Positions 1 to 7,916 of a stretch of 24,000 nt of DNA are shown piece after piece. Location of the stretch: NCBI GenBank assembly GCA_943368975.1, contig CALRLZ020000014.1, positions 54,987 through 78,986 on the forward strand, written 5' to 3'. This stretch comes from Archangium gephyra. GTDB lineage: Bacteria; Pseudomonadota; Alphaproteobacteria; Rhizobiales; Phreatobacteraceae. The position numbers and the translations under genes were made by a program. How positions within the stretch are numbered: position 1 is the stretch's first letter; each line of letters begins with the position of its first letter. Below the pieces are notes generated by a model. It was not told the origin of the DNA and ran no database searches. It saw only the letters and a program-made list of their open reading frames with translations.

Positions 1-455
1 CGCGGAACGGCCTCACTCGAACAGGAATGTGGCCTCGGAGAGGTGGTTATCAGGCCGTTTTCCTTGACGCTTCCTTGACGGGGAGGGGGGCAACCGCGTG
101 ACGTGGTAAAGGCGCCGTTAAGGATGCGGCGGCGCGTCGCATGTCGCCGGGGGGCTTGCGCCAGCGCATCGCTCTGTGGTATCTAGGACCGTATTCCCAG
201 AAATGGGTTCGTAGTCAGTCTGGCGGACGCCCGCCGCTTTCGAGGCCTCCTGGCGCTGCGCCGGCGTCACCAGTCCCGATGACGCCGACGTCCAGGCGAA
301 GGCCGGGCCTCGGCTTTCACCAGCGCATCGACTTTCGACGGCGCGGCACCCGCCGCGCGGCCCGCCACCCTTGACGTTACGGCCGTCACAAGGCTTTGTG
401 GCCGGCCTTTCGCGGCCTTGCGCCGCCTGTCGCCTCGTTGTCCGGAGAGTGCTCC

Positions 456-1340
456 ATGTCCAGCCTGTTCAAGGGATCGCTGCCTGCCCTCGTCACCCCG
501 TTCAAGGACGGCAAGGTGGACGAGAAGGCGTTCCGCGCCCATGTGGACTGGGTGATCACCGAGGGCTCCCACGGCATCGTCCCGGTCGGCACCACCGGCG
601 AGAGCCCGACCCTGTCCCATGACGAGCACAAGCGCGTCGTCGAATGGGCCATCGACGAGGCCCGGGGCCGCGTGCCGGTCATGGCCGGTGCCGGCTCCAA
701 CAACACGGCCGAGGCCATCGATTTCTCGCGGCATGCCGAGAAGGCGGGGGCGCAGGGGCTGCTGCACGTCACGCCCTACTACAACAAGCCGAGCCAGGAA
801 GGCCTCTACCAGCACTTCAAGGCCATCGCCGAAGCCACCGCGCTGCCGATCTTCATCTACAACATCCCGCCGCGCTCGGTGGTGGAGATGAGCGTCGAGA
901 CCATGGCGCGGCTCGCCGAGATCCCCAATATCGTCGGCGTCAAGGACGCGACGATGAAGCTCGACCGCGTCTCGGCCCAGCGCCAGGCCTGCGGCAAGGA
1001 CTTTATCCAGCTCTCCGGCGAGGACGGCACCGCGCTCGCCCACATGGCCCATGGTGGCCATGGCTGCATTTCGGTGACCGCGAATGTCGCGCCGCGCCTC
1101 TGCGCCGCCTTCCAGAACGCCTGCCTCGCCGGCGACTATGCCAAGGCGCTGGAGATCCAGGACAAGCTGTTCCCGCTGCACCAGGCCCTCTTCGTCGAGC
1201 CGAACCCGGCTCCCTCCAAGGCGGCGCTCAGCCTGCTCGGCCGCATGGCGGACGAGGTGCGCCTGCCCATGGTGGCGGCGTCCCCGGCCACCCGCGAGAC
1301 CTTGAAGAAGGCCCTCGTCCATGCCGGGCTGATGAACTGA
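456..1340 (+). CDS. dapA: 4-hydroxy-tetrahydrodipicolinate synthase (DapA), 294 aa
   Basis: ORF 396..1340 trimmed to ATG 456, with GGAGAG at 444-449 as SD. N-terminus [36 protein letters not shown] and IVGVKDAT motifs are typical of DapA. Confidence 0.93.
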   Translation: MSSLFKGSLPALVTPFKDGKVDEKAFRAHVDWVITEGSHGIVPVGTTGESPTLSHDEHKRVVEWAIDEARGRVPVMAGAGSNNTAEAIDFSRHAEKAGAQGLLHVTPYYNKPSQEGLYQHFKAIAEATALPIFIYNIPPRSVVEMSVETMARLAEIPNIVGVKDATMKLDRVSAQRQACGKDFIQLSGEDGTALAHMAHGGHGCISVTANVAPRLCAAFQNACLAGDYAKALEIQDKLFPLHQALFVEPNPAPSKAALSLLGRMADEVRLPMVAASPATRETLKKALVHAGLMN

Positions 1341-1362
1341 CGGGGGAGGCAGAGCACACGCC

Positions 1363-1836
1363 ATGGCGGCCAAGCCGGACCCCAAGATCAAGGTCATCGC
1401 CGAGAACCGGCGCGGACGCTTCGACTACGAGATCCTCGACACGTTCGAGGCCGGCCTCCAGCTGACCGGCACCGAGGTCAAGTCGCTGCGCGCCGCCAAG
1501 GCGACGATCGGGGAAAGCTATGCCGGCCCCTCGGGCGAAGAGTTCTTCCTCTTCAACTGCAACATTCCCGAATATCTGCAGGCGAACCGCTTCAACCACG
1601 AGCCGAAGCGGCCGCGCCGCCTGCTGCTGCACAAGCGCGAGGTCGCCAAACTGACCGGCGCCGTGCAGCGCGACGGGCTCACCGTCGTGCCGCTCAAGCT
1701 CTATTTCAACGAGCAGGGCCGGGCGAAGCTGCAGCTGGCGCTCGCCCGCGGCAAGAAGCTGCACGACAAGCGCGACACCGAGAAGAAGCGCGACTGGCAG
1801 CGCGACCAGGCGCGGATCATGAGGGACCGGGGCTAG
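1363..1836 (+). CDS. smpB: SsrA-binding protein SmpB, 157 aa
   Basis: [34 protein letters not shown] plus a basic C-terminal tail ([15 protein letters not shown]). Lies 22 nt downstream of dapA. Confidence 0.95.
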   Translation: MAAKPDPKIKVIAENRRGRFDYEILDTFEAGLQLTGTEVKSLRAAKATIGESYAGPSGEEFFLFNCNIPEYLQANRFNHEPKRPRRLLLHKREVAKLTGAVQRDGLTVVPLKLYFNEQGRAKLQLALARGKKLHDKRDTEKKRDWQRDQARIMRDRG

Positions 1837-1883
1837 GGGGATCCGGACCACGCTCGCGGCGAAGCCCGGCGAGATCAAGGATC

Positions 1884-2041
1884 AAGGGCCCCACCCTGAC
1901 CCTCCCCGCTGGCGCGGGGAGGGGGACTTCCACCTCGCGAAACTCACTATCCGGTCGAGCCAGGCCCAGCGGGTCAAGAGAATGGCGGCACGCCGTAGTC
2001 TCCCTCCCCTCGCCAGAGGGGAGGGTGCGGGTGGGGGCCTT
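1884..2041. repeat. MITE/REP-like element copy A (~158 bp) with ~44-bp imperfect terminal inverted repeats, each arm containing its own hairpin
   Basis: Left arm 1884-1927 (aagggccccaccctgaccctccccgctggcgcggggagggggac) is the imperfect reverse complement of right arm 1998-2041 (gtctccctcccctcgccagaggggagggtgcgggtgggggcctt). Inner stem ccctccccgc/gcggggaggg is a perfect 10 bp. A second copy lies at 22062-22218. Confidence 0.7.
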
Positions 2042-2117
2042 CAGCGCGCAGGACCCCGCAAGCCTTCTGTCTTGATTGTCCTCCTGCCTTCGCTCATCTC
2101 GCCTGAGGAGAAACGCC

Positions 2118-2513
2118 ATGGCCTACAAACTCGACCACGTGGTCATTCATGTCAGCGACTGGGCGCGGTCCAACGCCTTCTACCGCGACGTGCTGGGGGC
2201 GGAGGTGGTGCCGCGCGGCGCCGGTTTCGCCTACCGCATCGGCGACATCCGCCTGAACTGCCACGGGCCGGGCATCGGCCATGTCAACGCGGTCGCCCGC
2301 GTGCCGGTCATGCCGGGCAATTCCGACATCTGTTTCGAATGGGAGGGCCCGATCGCCGGCGCGGCGGCGCATCTCGCCGCCTGTGGTGTCGCCGTCGAGC
2401 TCGGCCCGGTGGCGACCAACGGGGTGAGGGGACCGGCCACATCCGTCTATTTCCGTGATCCCGACGGCTCGCTGCTGGAATTCCTCAGCTATCACGGCCA
2501 GGTCTCGGCCTGA
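2118..2513 (+). CDS. VOC-family (glyoxalase/bleomycin-resistance/dioxygenase fold) protein, 131 aa
   Basis: ATG 2118 preceded by GAGGAG at 2105-2110. LDHVVIHVSDWARSNAFYRDVLG ... SVYFRDPDGSLLEF pattern of the VOC fold. Substrate unknown. Confidence 0.8.
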   Translation: MAYKLDHVVIHVSDWARSNAFYRDVLGAEVVPRGAGFAYRIGDIRLNCHGPGIGHVNAVARVPVMPGNSDICFEWEGPIAGAAAHLAACGVAVELGPVATNGVRGPATSVYFRDPDGSLLEFLSYHGQVSA

Positions 2514-2531
2514 GGCCGCGACCGCCGGCAA

Positions 2532-2560
2532 AATCCCGGCTGCGACAGCAACCGGGGATT
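2532..2560 (-). terminator. Putative intrinsic terminator downstream of the SOD gene
   Basis: aatcccgg (2532-2539) pairs with ccggggatt (2552-2560) with a one-base bulge. On the minus strand the stem runs into ATTTTG. A second GC hairpin, gccggcggg/cccgccggc at 2584-2611, has no U-tract. Confidence 0.35.
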
Positions 2561-2630
2561 CGCCGATGCGGCGTCAGGCGGCGGCCGGCGGGTGGGGGCA
2601 GGCCCGCCGGCGCCGTCCTCAGCCGGATCG

Positions 2631-3350
2631 TCAGCCCATCGCCTTCTGGAAGTTGGCGGCGGCCTTGTCCCAGTTGACGACGTTCCACCAGGTGGTGACG
2701 TAGTCGGCCCGGCGGTTCTGGTACTTGAGGTAATAGGCGTGTTCCCACACGTCGATGCCCATGACCACGCCCTTGACGCCGTCCATCAGCGGGTTGTCCT
2801 GGTTGGGCGTCGAGACGATGGCGAGCTTGCCGTCGCTGCCGACCACCAGCCAGCCCCAGCCCGAGCCGAAGCGGCCGACCGAAGTCTGGTTGAACTGCTG
2901 GCGCATCTTGTCGACGTCGCCGAAGGTGGCATTGATCGCCTGCAGCAGCGCGCCGCCGGGCTGCTTGGCGCCGCCGGGCGTCATGACGTCCCAGAAATGG
3001 GCGTGGTTCCAATGGCCGCCGAGCTGGTTGCGCACGCCGCCGCGCAGGTTCTGCGGCACGTCGGAGAGCTTGCGCAGCACCTTCTCGGTATTGGCGGGGG
3101 TCAGTTCGGCATAGCTCTGGGAAGCGGTGTTGAGGCCGCCGAGGAAGGCGGCGTGATGGCGGGAGTGATGGATCTCCATCGTCATCTTGTCGATATGCGG
3201 CTCCAGCGCGTCATAGGCATAGCCGAGCGGGGGCAGGGTGAAGGGGCCGCTCGCGGCCTGGGCATAGACCTTGTGGCTGGCGGGGATCGCCATGGTGGCG
3301 CCGATGGCGGCGGCGGTTCCGAACAGCTTGAGGGCATGGCGTCGGTTCAT
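2631..3350 (-). CDS. Fe/Mn-family superoxide dismutase with an N-terminal Tat-like signal peptide, 239 aa
   Basis: EIHHSRHHAAF and DVWEHAYYLKYQNRRADY hallmark motifs. About 30 extra N-terminal residues, MNRRHALKLFGTAAAIGATMAIPASHKVYA|QAA. Fe versus Mn specificity cannot be called by eye. Confidence 0.92.
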   Translation of the reverse strand: MNRRHALKLFGTAAAIGATMAIPASHKVYAQAASGPFTLPPLGYAYDALEPHIDKMTMEIHHSRHHAAFLGGLNTASQSYAELTPANTEKVLRKLSDVPQNLRGGVRNQLGGHWNHAHFWDVMTPGGAKQPGGALLQAINATFGDVDKMRQQFNQTSVGRFGSGWGWLVVGSDGKLAIVSTPNQDNPLMDGVKGVVMGIDVWEHAYYLKYQNRRADYVTTWWNVVNWDKAAANFQKAMG

Positions 3351-3455
3351 CGTTCTCTTCTCCCGTGATCTGGGACCAGCTTCGAAGGGCGGTCCTGCAT
3401 GGAACCCGACTCATGCGCCCAGCGGACGCAGGGGTGATGTCACGAAGCCGTGAAC

Positions 3456-4094
3456 TCAACGGTCGAGATGGCGTCGGACGGCGGCGAACACGTCCCTGAA
3501 CATCTGCGGGGTGAGAACGCCGGTATTCGTGTTGTAGCGCGAGCAATGATAGCTGGAGAACAGCGTGACGGCGTCGTGTGTATGGACCCCGCCATGGCTG
3601 AACGGCACCCGTGCCGGTTTCAGGCCGAGCGCCCGAACGGCGCTGTCATGGCCGATCTTCCCAAGGGTGACGATGGCGGCGAGGCGGGGCATGGCGGCGA
3701 TGGTGGCGGCGAGGAAATCCCGGCACGTGGCGATCTCCTCGGTCGTCGGCTTGTTCTCCGGCGGCACGCAGCGCACCGCATTGGTGATGCGGGTGTCGAC
3801 CAGGGTGAGGCCGTCGTCGGGCCGCTCATCATAGGTGCCGCGGGCGAAGCCGAAGCCGATCAGCGTCTCGTAGAGCAGGTCGCCGGCCCAGTCGCCGGTG
3901 AAGGGCCGTCCGGTGCGGTTGGCACCCTGCAGGCCGGGGGCAAGGCCGACAATGAGCAGGCGCGCCTCGGGGCTGCCGAAGGAGGGGACCGGCGCATTGT
4001 GCCAGTCGGCATGGGCCGCGCGTTGCCGCTCGCGGAAGGCGACGAGACGCGGGCAGAGGGGGCAGTCGCGCCCCGGCTGGTCCGGACAGGCCAT
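3456..4094 (-). CDS. Uracil-DNA glycosylase superfamily protein, Fe-S family 4/5 type (UdgB-like), 212 aa
   Basis: CPLCPRLVAFRE, LLIVGLAPGLQGANRTGRPFTGDWAGDLLY, NAVRCVPPEN and SYHCSRYNTNTG motifs. Starts 6 nt after the stop of the upstream NYN gene. Confidence 0.85.
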   Translation of the reverse strand: MACPDQPGRDCPLCPRLVAFRERQRAAHADWHNAPVPSFGSPEARLLIVGLAPGLQGANRTGRPFTGDWAGDLLYETLIGFGFARGTYDERPDDGLTLVDTRITNAVRCVPPENKPTTEEIATCRDFLAATIAAMPRLAAIVTLGKIGHDSAVRALGLKPARVPFSHGGVHTHDAVTLFSSYHCSRYNTNTGVLTPQMFRDVFAAVRRHLDR

Positions 4095-4100
4095 GGCCGG

Positions 4101-4748
4101 TCAGCGATCGGCGAAATCGTCGCCGGCGCCGGGGGTGGGGGGCGAGGCCGGCCGCGGCGGCCGGGGCCGGTCGCGCACGAAGCCCGGCACCTCGGTGCCC
4201 GGCGCCCGGACGGCCCGTTCGGCGGGATCGCGCCCGACACGCTGCGCCAGATGGGCAAGGTCGATGAACTCGTCGGCCTGGCGACGCAACTCGTCGGCGA
4301 TCATGGCCGGCTGCACCGAGACTGTGGAGACAACCGACACCTTGACGCCGCGGCGCTGCAGGGCCTCGACCAGCGAGCGGAAGTCGCCGTCGCCGGAGAA
4401 CAGGACGATGTGGTCGATGCGGGGGGCCAGTTCCATGGCGTCGACGGCGAGTTCGATATCCATGTTCCCCTTCACCTTCCGGCGGCCGAGGGAATCGGTG
4501 AACTCCTTGGCCGCCTTGGTGACGACGGTGAAGCCATTATAGTCCAGCCAGTCGATCAGCGGCCGGATCGACGAGTATTCCTGGTCCTCGACCAGCGCGG
4601 TGTAATAGTAGGCGCGCAGCAGGTAGCCGCGGCTGCGGAACTCTCCCAGCAGACGTTTGTAGTCAATGTCGAAGCCGAGGGTCTTCGCGGTTGCGTAAAG
4701 GTTGGCGCCATCGATGAAGAGGGCAATCCGCTCGGTTCCTGACGACAT
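4101..4748 (-). CDS. NYN/LabA-like (DUF88) PIN-fold domain protein with a Pro-rich C-terminal tail, 215 aa
   Basis: ORF 4101..4832 trimmed to ATG 4748, with AAGGA about 10 nt upstream. ERIALFIDGANLYATAKTLGFDIDYKRLL ... IVLFSGDGDFRSLVEALQRRGVKVSVVS. Tail is RDRPRPPRPASPPTPGAGDDF. Confidence 0.8.
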   Translation of the reverse strand: MSSGTERIALFIDGANLYATAKTLGFDIDYKRLLGEFRSRGYLLRAYYYTALVEDQEYSSIRPLIDWLDYNGFTVVTKAAKEFTDSLGRRKVKGNMDIELAVDAMELAPRIDHIVLFSGDGDFRSLVEALQRRGVKVSVVSTVSVQPAMIADELRRQADEFIDLAHLAQRVGRDPAERAVRAPGTEVPGFVRDRPRPPRPASPPTPGAGDDFADR

Positions 4749-5011
4749 GACGTAACGTCCTTGGGAGGTCAATAGAGTGAAGAATACGGCGTAACGGTCG
4801 CGAAATGGGAGAGGTGGTCCGATTCCATTCAAAATAGACGTTGTGCGAACGGCTACGTTAGAACGTTCCTAGCCTGTTCGACGATTTGATAGCAAGTTCA
4901 TTCTCCCGGAACAATCTGATAAATGGTCGTGGTTCCGCAGGGTTCCCATGCTGCGAAGGCGCGGGTCGGCGTGTGGATCGGCCCGGTGGCGGGGGCGGGG
5001 CCCAAGAGCCT

Positions 5012-5039
5012 TGTATCGCGACGCATCAATGGCTATACA
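5012..5039 (+). promoter_or_regulatory. Candidate sigma70-type promoter for rpoZ-spoT
   Basis: TTGTAT (5012-5017), 16-nt spacer, CTATAC (5034-5039), about 60 nt upstream of the rpoZ ATG. Motif match only. Confidence 0.25.
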
Positions 5040-5101
5040 GCCCAGCTTGCCGGACAGATGCCTGTCCCAAGGCCCCATCCCCACGTTTTCAAGGACTAGC
5101 G

Positions 5102-5491
5102 ATGGCTCGCGTCACCGTCGAGGATTGCATCGACAAGGTCGATAACCGCTTCGAGCTCGTGCTCGTCGCCAGCCACCGGGCGCGCATGCTCGCCGCCGGC
5201 TCGCCGATCACCATCGACCGCGACCGCGACAAGAACCCGGTCGTCGCCCTGCGCGAGATTGCCGATGCGACCGTCTCGCCCGATGACCTGCGCGAGGACC
5301 TGATCCACTCGCTGCAGAAATATGTCGAGGTCGACGAGCCCGAGCCGGACATGGTGCCGATGATCGCCGCGCCCGGCGCCACCGCCGACGACGCCGACGT
5401 GACCATGGACCGCATGAGCGAGGAAGACCTGCTGCGCGGCCTGGAAGGGCTGAAGCCGCCGGAGGACACCGACGACGACGACGGCATGTGA
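5102..5491 (+). CDS. rpoZ: DNA-directed RNA polymerase subunit omega, 129 aa with an acidic C-terminal extension
   Basis: ORF 4886..5491 trimmed to ATG 5102. [29 protein letters not shown] ... [10 protein letters not shown]. Confidence 0.95.
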   Translation: MARVTVEDCIDKVDNRFELVLVASHRARMLAAGSPITIDRDRDKNPVVALREIADATVSPDDLREDLIHSLQKYVEVDEPEPDMVPMIAAPGATADDADVTMDRMSEEDLLRGLEGLKPPEDTDDDDGM

Positions 5492-5512
5492 CGCCGTCGC
5501 GACTGCCTCCCA

Positions 5513-5540
5513 GGGCGGCCCGGCGGGCCGCCCTTTGTCG
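5513..5540 (+). terminator. Hairpin terminator/attenuator between rpoZ and spoT
   Basis: Perfect 9-bp GC stem gggcggccc (5513-5521) / gggccgccc (5525-5533), followed by TTTGTCGTT. Confidence 0.5.
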
Positions 5541-5649
5541 TTGCGGAGCGCCGATCGCGGCTCCGGCCCCCAAGCCCTTGCGGCGGCGGGCCCTGTCGGT
5601 GCTATCGTGATGGCCCGGCGCATGAAATCGCCAGAGCGGCCCTGATCCC

Positions 5650-7815
5650 ATGATGCGTCAATACGAGCTGGTGGAGCGCGTCAAGCGCTACAACCCGAAG
5701 GCCGACGAGGCCCTGCTCGACCGCGCCTATGTCTATGCCATGCTCGCCCACGGCACCCAGAAGCGCGCCTCCGGCGACCCCTATTTCTCCCATCCGCTGG
5801 AGGTGGCGGCCATCCTCACCGACCTCAAGGTCGACGACGCCACCATCGTCTCGGCCCTGCTGCACGACACGATCGAGGACACCGCCGCCACCAAGGACGA
5901 CATCCGCGAGAAGTTCGGCTCGGCCATCGCCGAGCTCGTCGATGGCCTGACCAAGCTGAAGAAGCTCGACCTCGTGTCGAAACAGGCGGTGCAGGCGGAG
6001 AACCTGCGCAAGCTGCTGCTCGCCATCACCTCCGACGTGCGCGTGCTGCTGGTCAAGCTCGCCGACCGCCTGCACAACATGCGCACGCTGCACTATGTGC
6101 CGGCGCCCAAGCGCGACCGCGTCGCCCAGGAGACGCTCGACATCTATGCCCCGCTCGCCGGCCGCATGGGCATGCACGACATGCGCGAGGAACTGGAGGA
6201 CCTGGCCTTCCGCCAGATCAATGCCGAGGCCTACGAGGCCCTGGAACAGCGCCTCGGCCGCCAGCGCGAGGCCGCCGCCGCCGTCATCGAGGAGATCGAG
6301 ACCCAGCTCGCCCGCAAGCTGGCCGGCGAGGGCATCAGCGCCGAGGTCACCGGCCGGCTGAAGAAACCCTATTCGATCTACCGCAAGATGGAGCGCAAGT
6401 CGGTCTCCTTCGAGCAGCTCTCCGACATCGTCGCCTTCCGCATCCTCGTCGACGACATCGCCGCCTGCTACGCCGCCGTCGGCATCATCCACACGACATG
6501 GCCGGCTGTGCCGCTGCGCTTCAAGGACTATATCTCGACGCCGAAGGGCAACGACTACCGCTCGATCCACACCACCGTCATCGGGCCGCAGAGCCAGCGC
6601 GTCGAGATGCAGATCCGCACGCGCCAGATGCACGAGATCGCCGAATACGGCATCGCCGCCCACGCCCTCTACAAGGACGACGCCGAACACGCGGAGAGCA
6701 CCGCCTATGCCTGGCTGCGCCGCACGGTGGAAATGCTCGCCCATGCCGACAATCCCGAGGAATTCCTCGAACATACCAAGCTCGAGCTGTTCTCCGACCA
6801 GGTCTATTGCTTCACCCCCAAGGGCCGGCTCATCGCCCTGCCGCGCAAGGCCAATTGCATCGACTTCGCCTATGCGGTCCACACCGATATCGGCAACCAC
6901 TGCGCCCGCGCCCGCATCAACGGCGTCGAGCGGCCGCTGGTCACCGAGCTGCAGAACGGCGACGAGGTCGAGATCACCACCGATCCCAAGGCGACGCCCT
7001 CGCCGGCCTGGGAGAGCATCGTCGTCACCGGCCGCGCCCGCTCCGCCATCCGCCGGGCCACCCGCATGGCGACCCGCGCCCAATATCTCGAACTCGGCCG
7101 CCGCATCGTCCAGACGCTGTTCACCCGCGCCGGCAAGCCCTTCTCCGATGACATCGTGCGCCAGGGCCTCAAGCGCCTCGCCCGCGCCGGCGTCGAGGAC
7201 GTCTACTGGGCCGTCGGCCGCAACGAGATCCCCGACGAGGATGTGCTGAAGGCGGTCTATCCCGACTTCAAGAGCGAGACCCCGCTCGGGCCCAAGCCCA
7301 CCGCCGACTGGTTCGGCGTCGGCGGCGAGACGGCGCTGAAGTTCCAGGTGCCGGAATCGGAGGGGGCCATCCCCATCCGCGGCATCAATCTCGACCTGCC
7401 GGTGCGCTTCTCCAAGGAGGGCGGCGCCGTGCCCGGCGACCGCATCGTCGGCATCATGACGCCGGGGGAGGGGATCACCATCTTCCCCATCCAGTCGCCG
7501 GCGCTCGCCGCCTATGACAACGAGCCGGAGCGCTGGCTCGACGTGCGCTGGGACGTCGACGAGGCCAAGCGCTCCCGCTACCCCGCCCGCATCGCGGTGA
7601 AGTCGCGCAACGCGCCGGGCTCGCTCGCCGCCGTGACCCAGGTCATCGCCGACAATGACGGCAATATCGACAACCTGCGGATGCAGCGCACCACGGCGGA
7701 TTATACCAATGTCGCCATCGACCTCGAGGTCTGGGACCTCAAGCACCTCAACGCCATCATCGCCGGGATCCGCACCCTGCCGATGACGGCCGAGGCGCAA
7801 AGGGTGTTCGAATAG
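5650..7815 (+). CDS. spoT: Bifunctional (p)ppGpp synthetase/hydrolase (RelA/SpoT homologue, Rsh), 721 aa
   Basis: HD hydrolase motifs HGTQKRASGDPYFSHPLEVA and LLHDTIEDT. Synthetase motifs GRLKKPYSIYRKM and DIVAFRILV. TGS region VYCFTPKGRLIALP...IDFAYAVHTDIG. ACT-like C-terminus. Confidence 0.96.
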   Translation: MMRQYELVERVKRYNPKADEALLDRAYVYAMLAHGTQKRASGDPYFSHPLEVAAILTDLKVDDATIVSALLHDTIEDTAATKDDIREKFGSAIAELVDGLTKLKKLDLVSKQAVQAENLRKLLLAITSDVRVLLVKLADRLHNMRTLHYVPAPKRDRVAQETLDIYAPLAGRMGMHDMREELEDLAFRQINAEAYEALEQRLGRQREAAAAVIEEIETQLARKLAGEGISAEVTGRLKKPYSIYRKMERKSVSFEQLSDIVAFRILVDDIAACYAAVGIIHTTWPAVPLRFKDYISTPKGNDYRSIHTTVIGPQSQRVEMQIRTRQMHEIAEYGIAAHALYKDDAEHAESTAYAWLRRTVEMLAHADNPEEFLEHTKLELFSDQVYCFTPKGRLIALPRKANCIDFAYAVHTDIGNHCARARINGVERPLVTELQNGDEVEITTDPKATPSPAWESIVVTGRARSAIRRATRMATRAQYLELGRRIVQTLFTRAGKPFSDDIVRQGLKRLARAGVEDVYWAVGRNEIPDEDVLKAVYPDFKSETPLGPKPTADWFGVGGETALKFQVPESEGAIPIRGINLDLPVRFSKEGGAVPGDRIVGIMTPGEGITIFPIQSPALAAYDNEPERWLDVRWDVDEAKRSRYPARIAVKSRNAPGSLAAVTQVIADNDGNIDNLRMQRTTADYTNVAIDLEVWDLKHLNAIIAGIRTLPMTAEAQRVFE

Positions 7816-7916
7816 GCGCGCGGGGGCGGGCGAAGACGTTCCCGCGGCCAGACGGCGTGGCAGTCATCGGCGTGGCGATTGCAGCCAGCAATCGAGGTCC
7901 GTCTCCTCTTCCTGCT

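Noticed and set aside
141-374. 77-aa ORF upstream of dapA
   Set aside because: It has an Arg/Pro-rich composition, no SD and no family resemblance. It is treated as noncoding.
267-1397. 376-aa minus-strand ORF and the other overlapping ORFs within dapA
   Set aside because: It is antisense to dapA, which carries clear family motifs.
1-2100. Search for tmRNA (including the permuted two-piece alphaproteobacterial form) next to smpB
   Set aside because: I found no ANDN-type tag reading frame (gccaacgacaac) and no GGTTCGA T-arm/CCA-end motif around smpB.
2588-2600. 12-13-nt match (gcgggtgggggc) to the MITE arm in the VOC/SOD intergenic region
   Set aside because: The match is too short, the rest of the arm is absent, and in GC-rich DNA it is plausibly chance. 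The local hairpin is instead noted under the putative SOD terminator feature.
4848-4869. GGAAC...CGTT-like motif on the minus strand upstream of the NYN gene, plus GGAAC at 4908-4912 on the plus strand
   Set aside because: The spacers are wrong for the EcfG consensus: 13 nt on the minus strand, and 15 nt followed by CGTG rather than CGTT on the plus strand.
5602-7800. 732-aa minus-strand ORF
   Set aside because: It is antisense to spoT, which has unambiguous HD, synthetase and TGS motifs. It is a shadow ORF.
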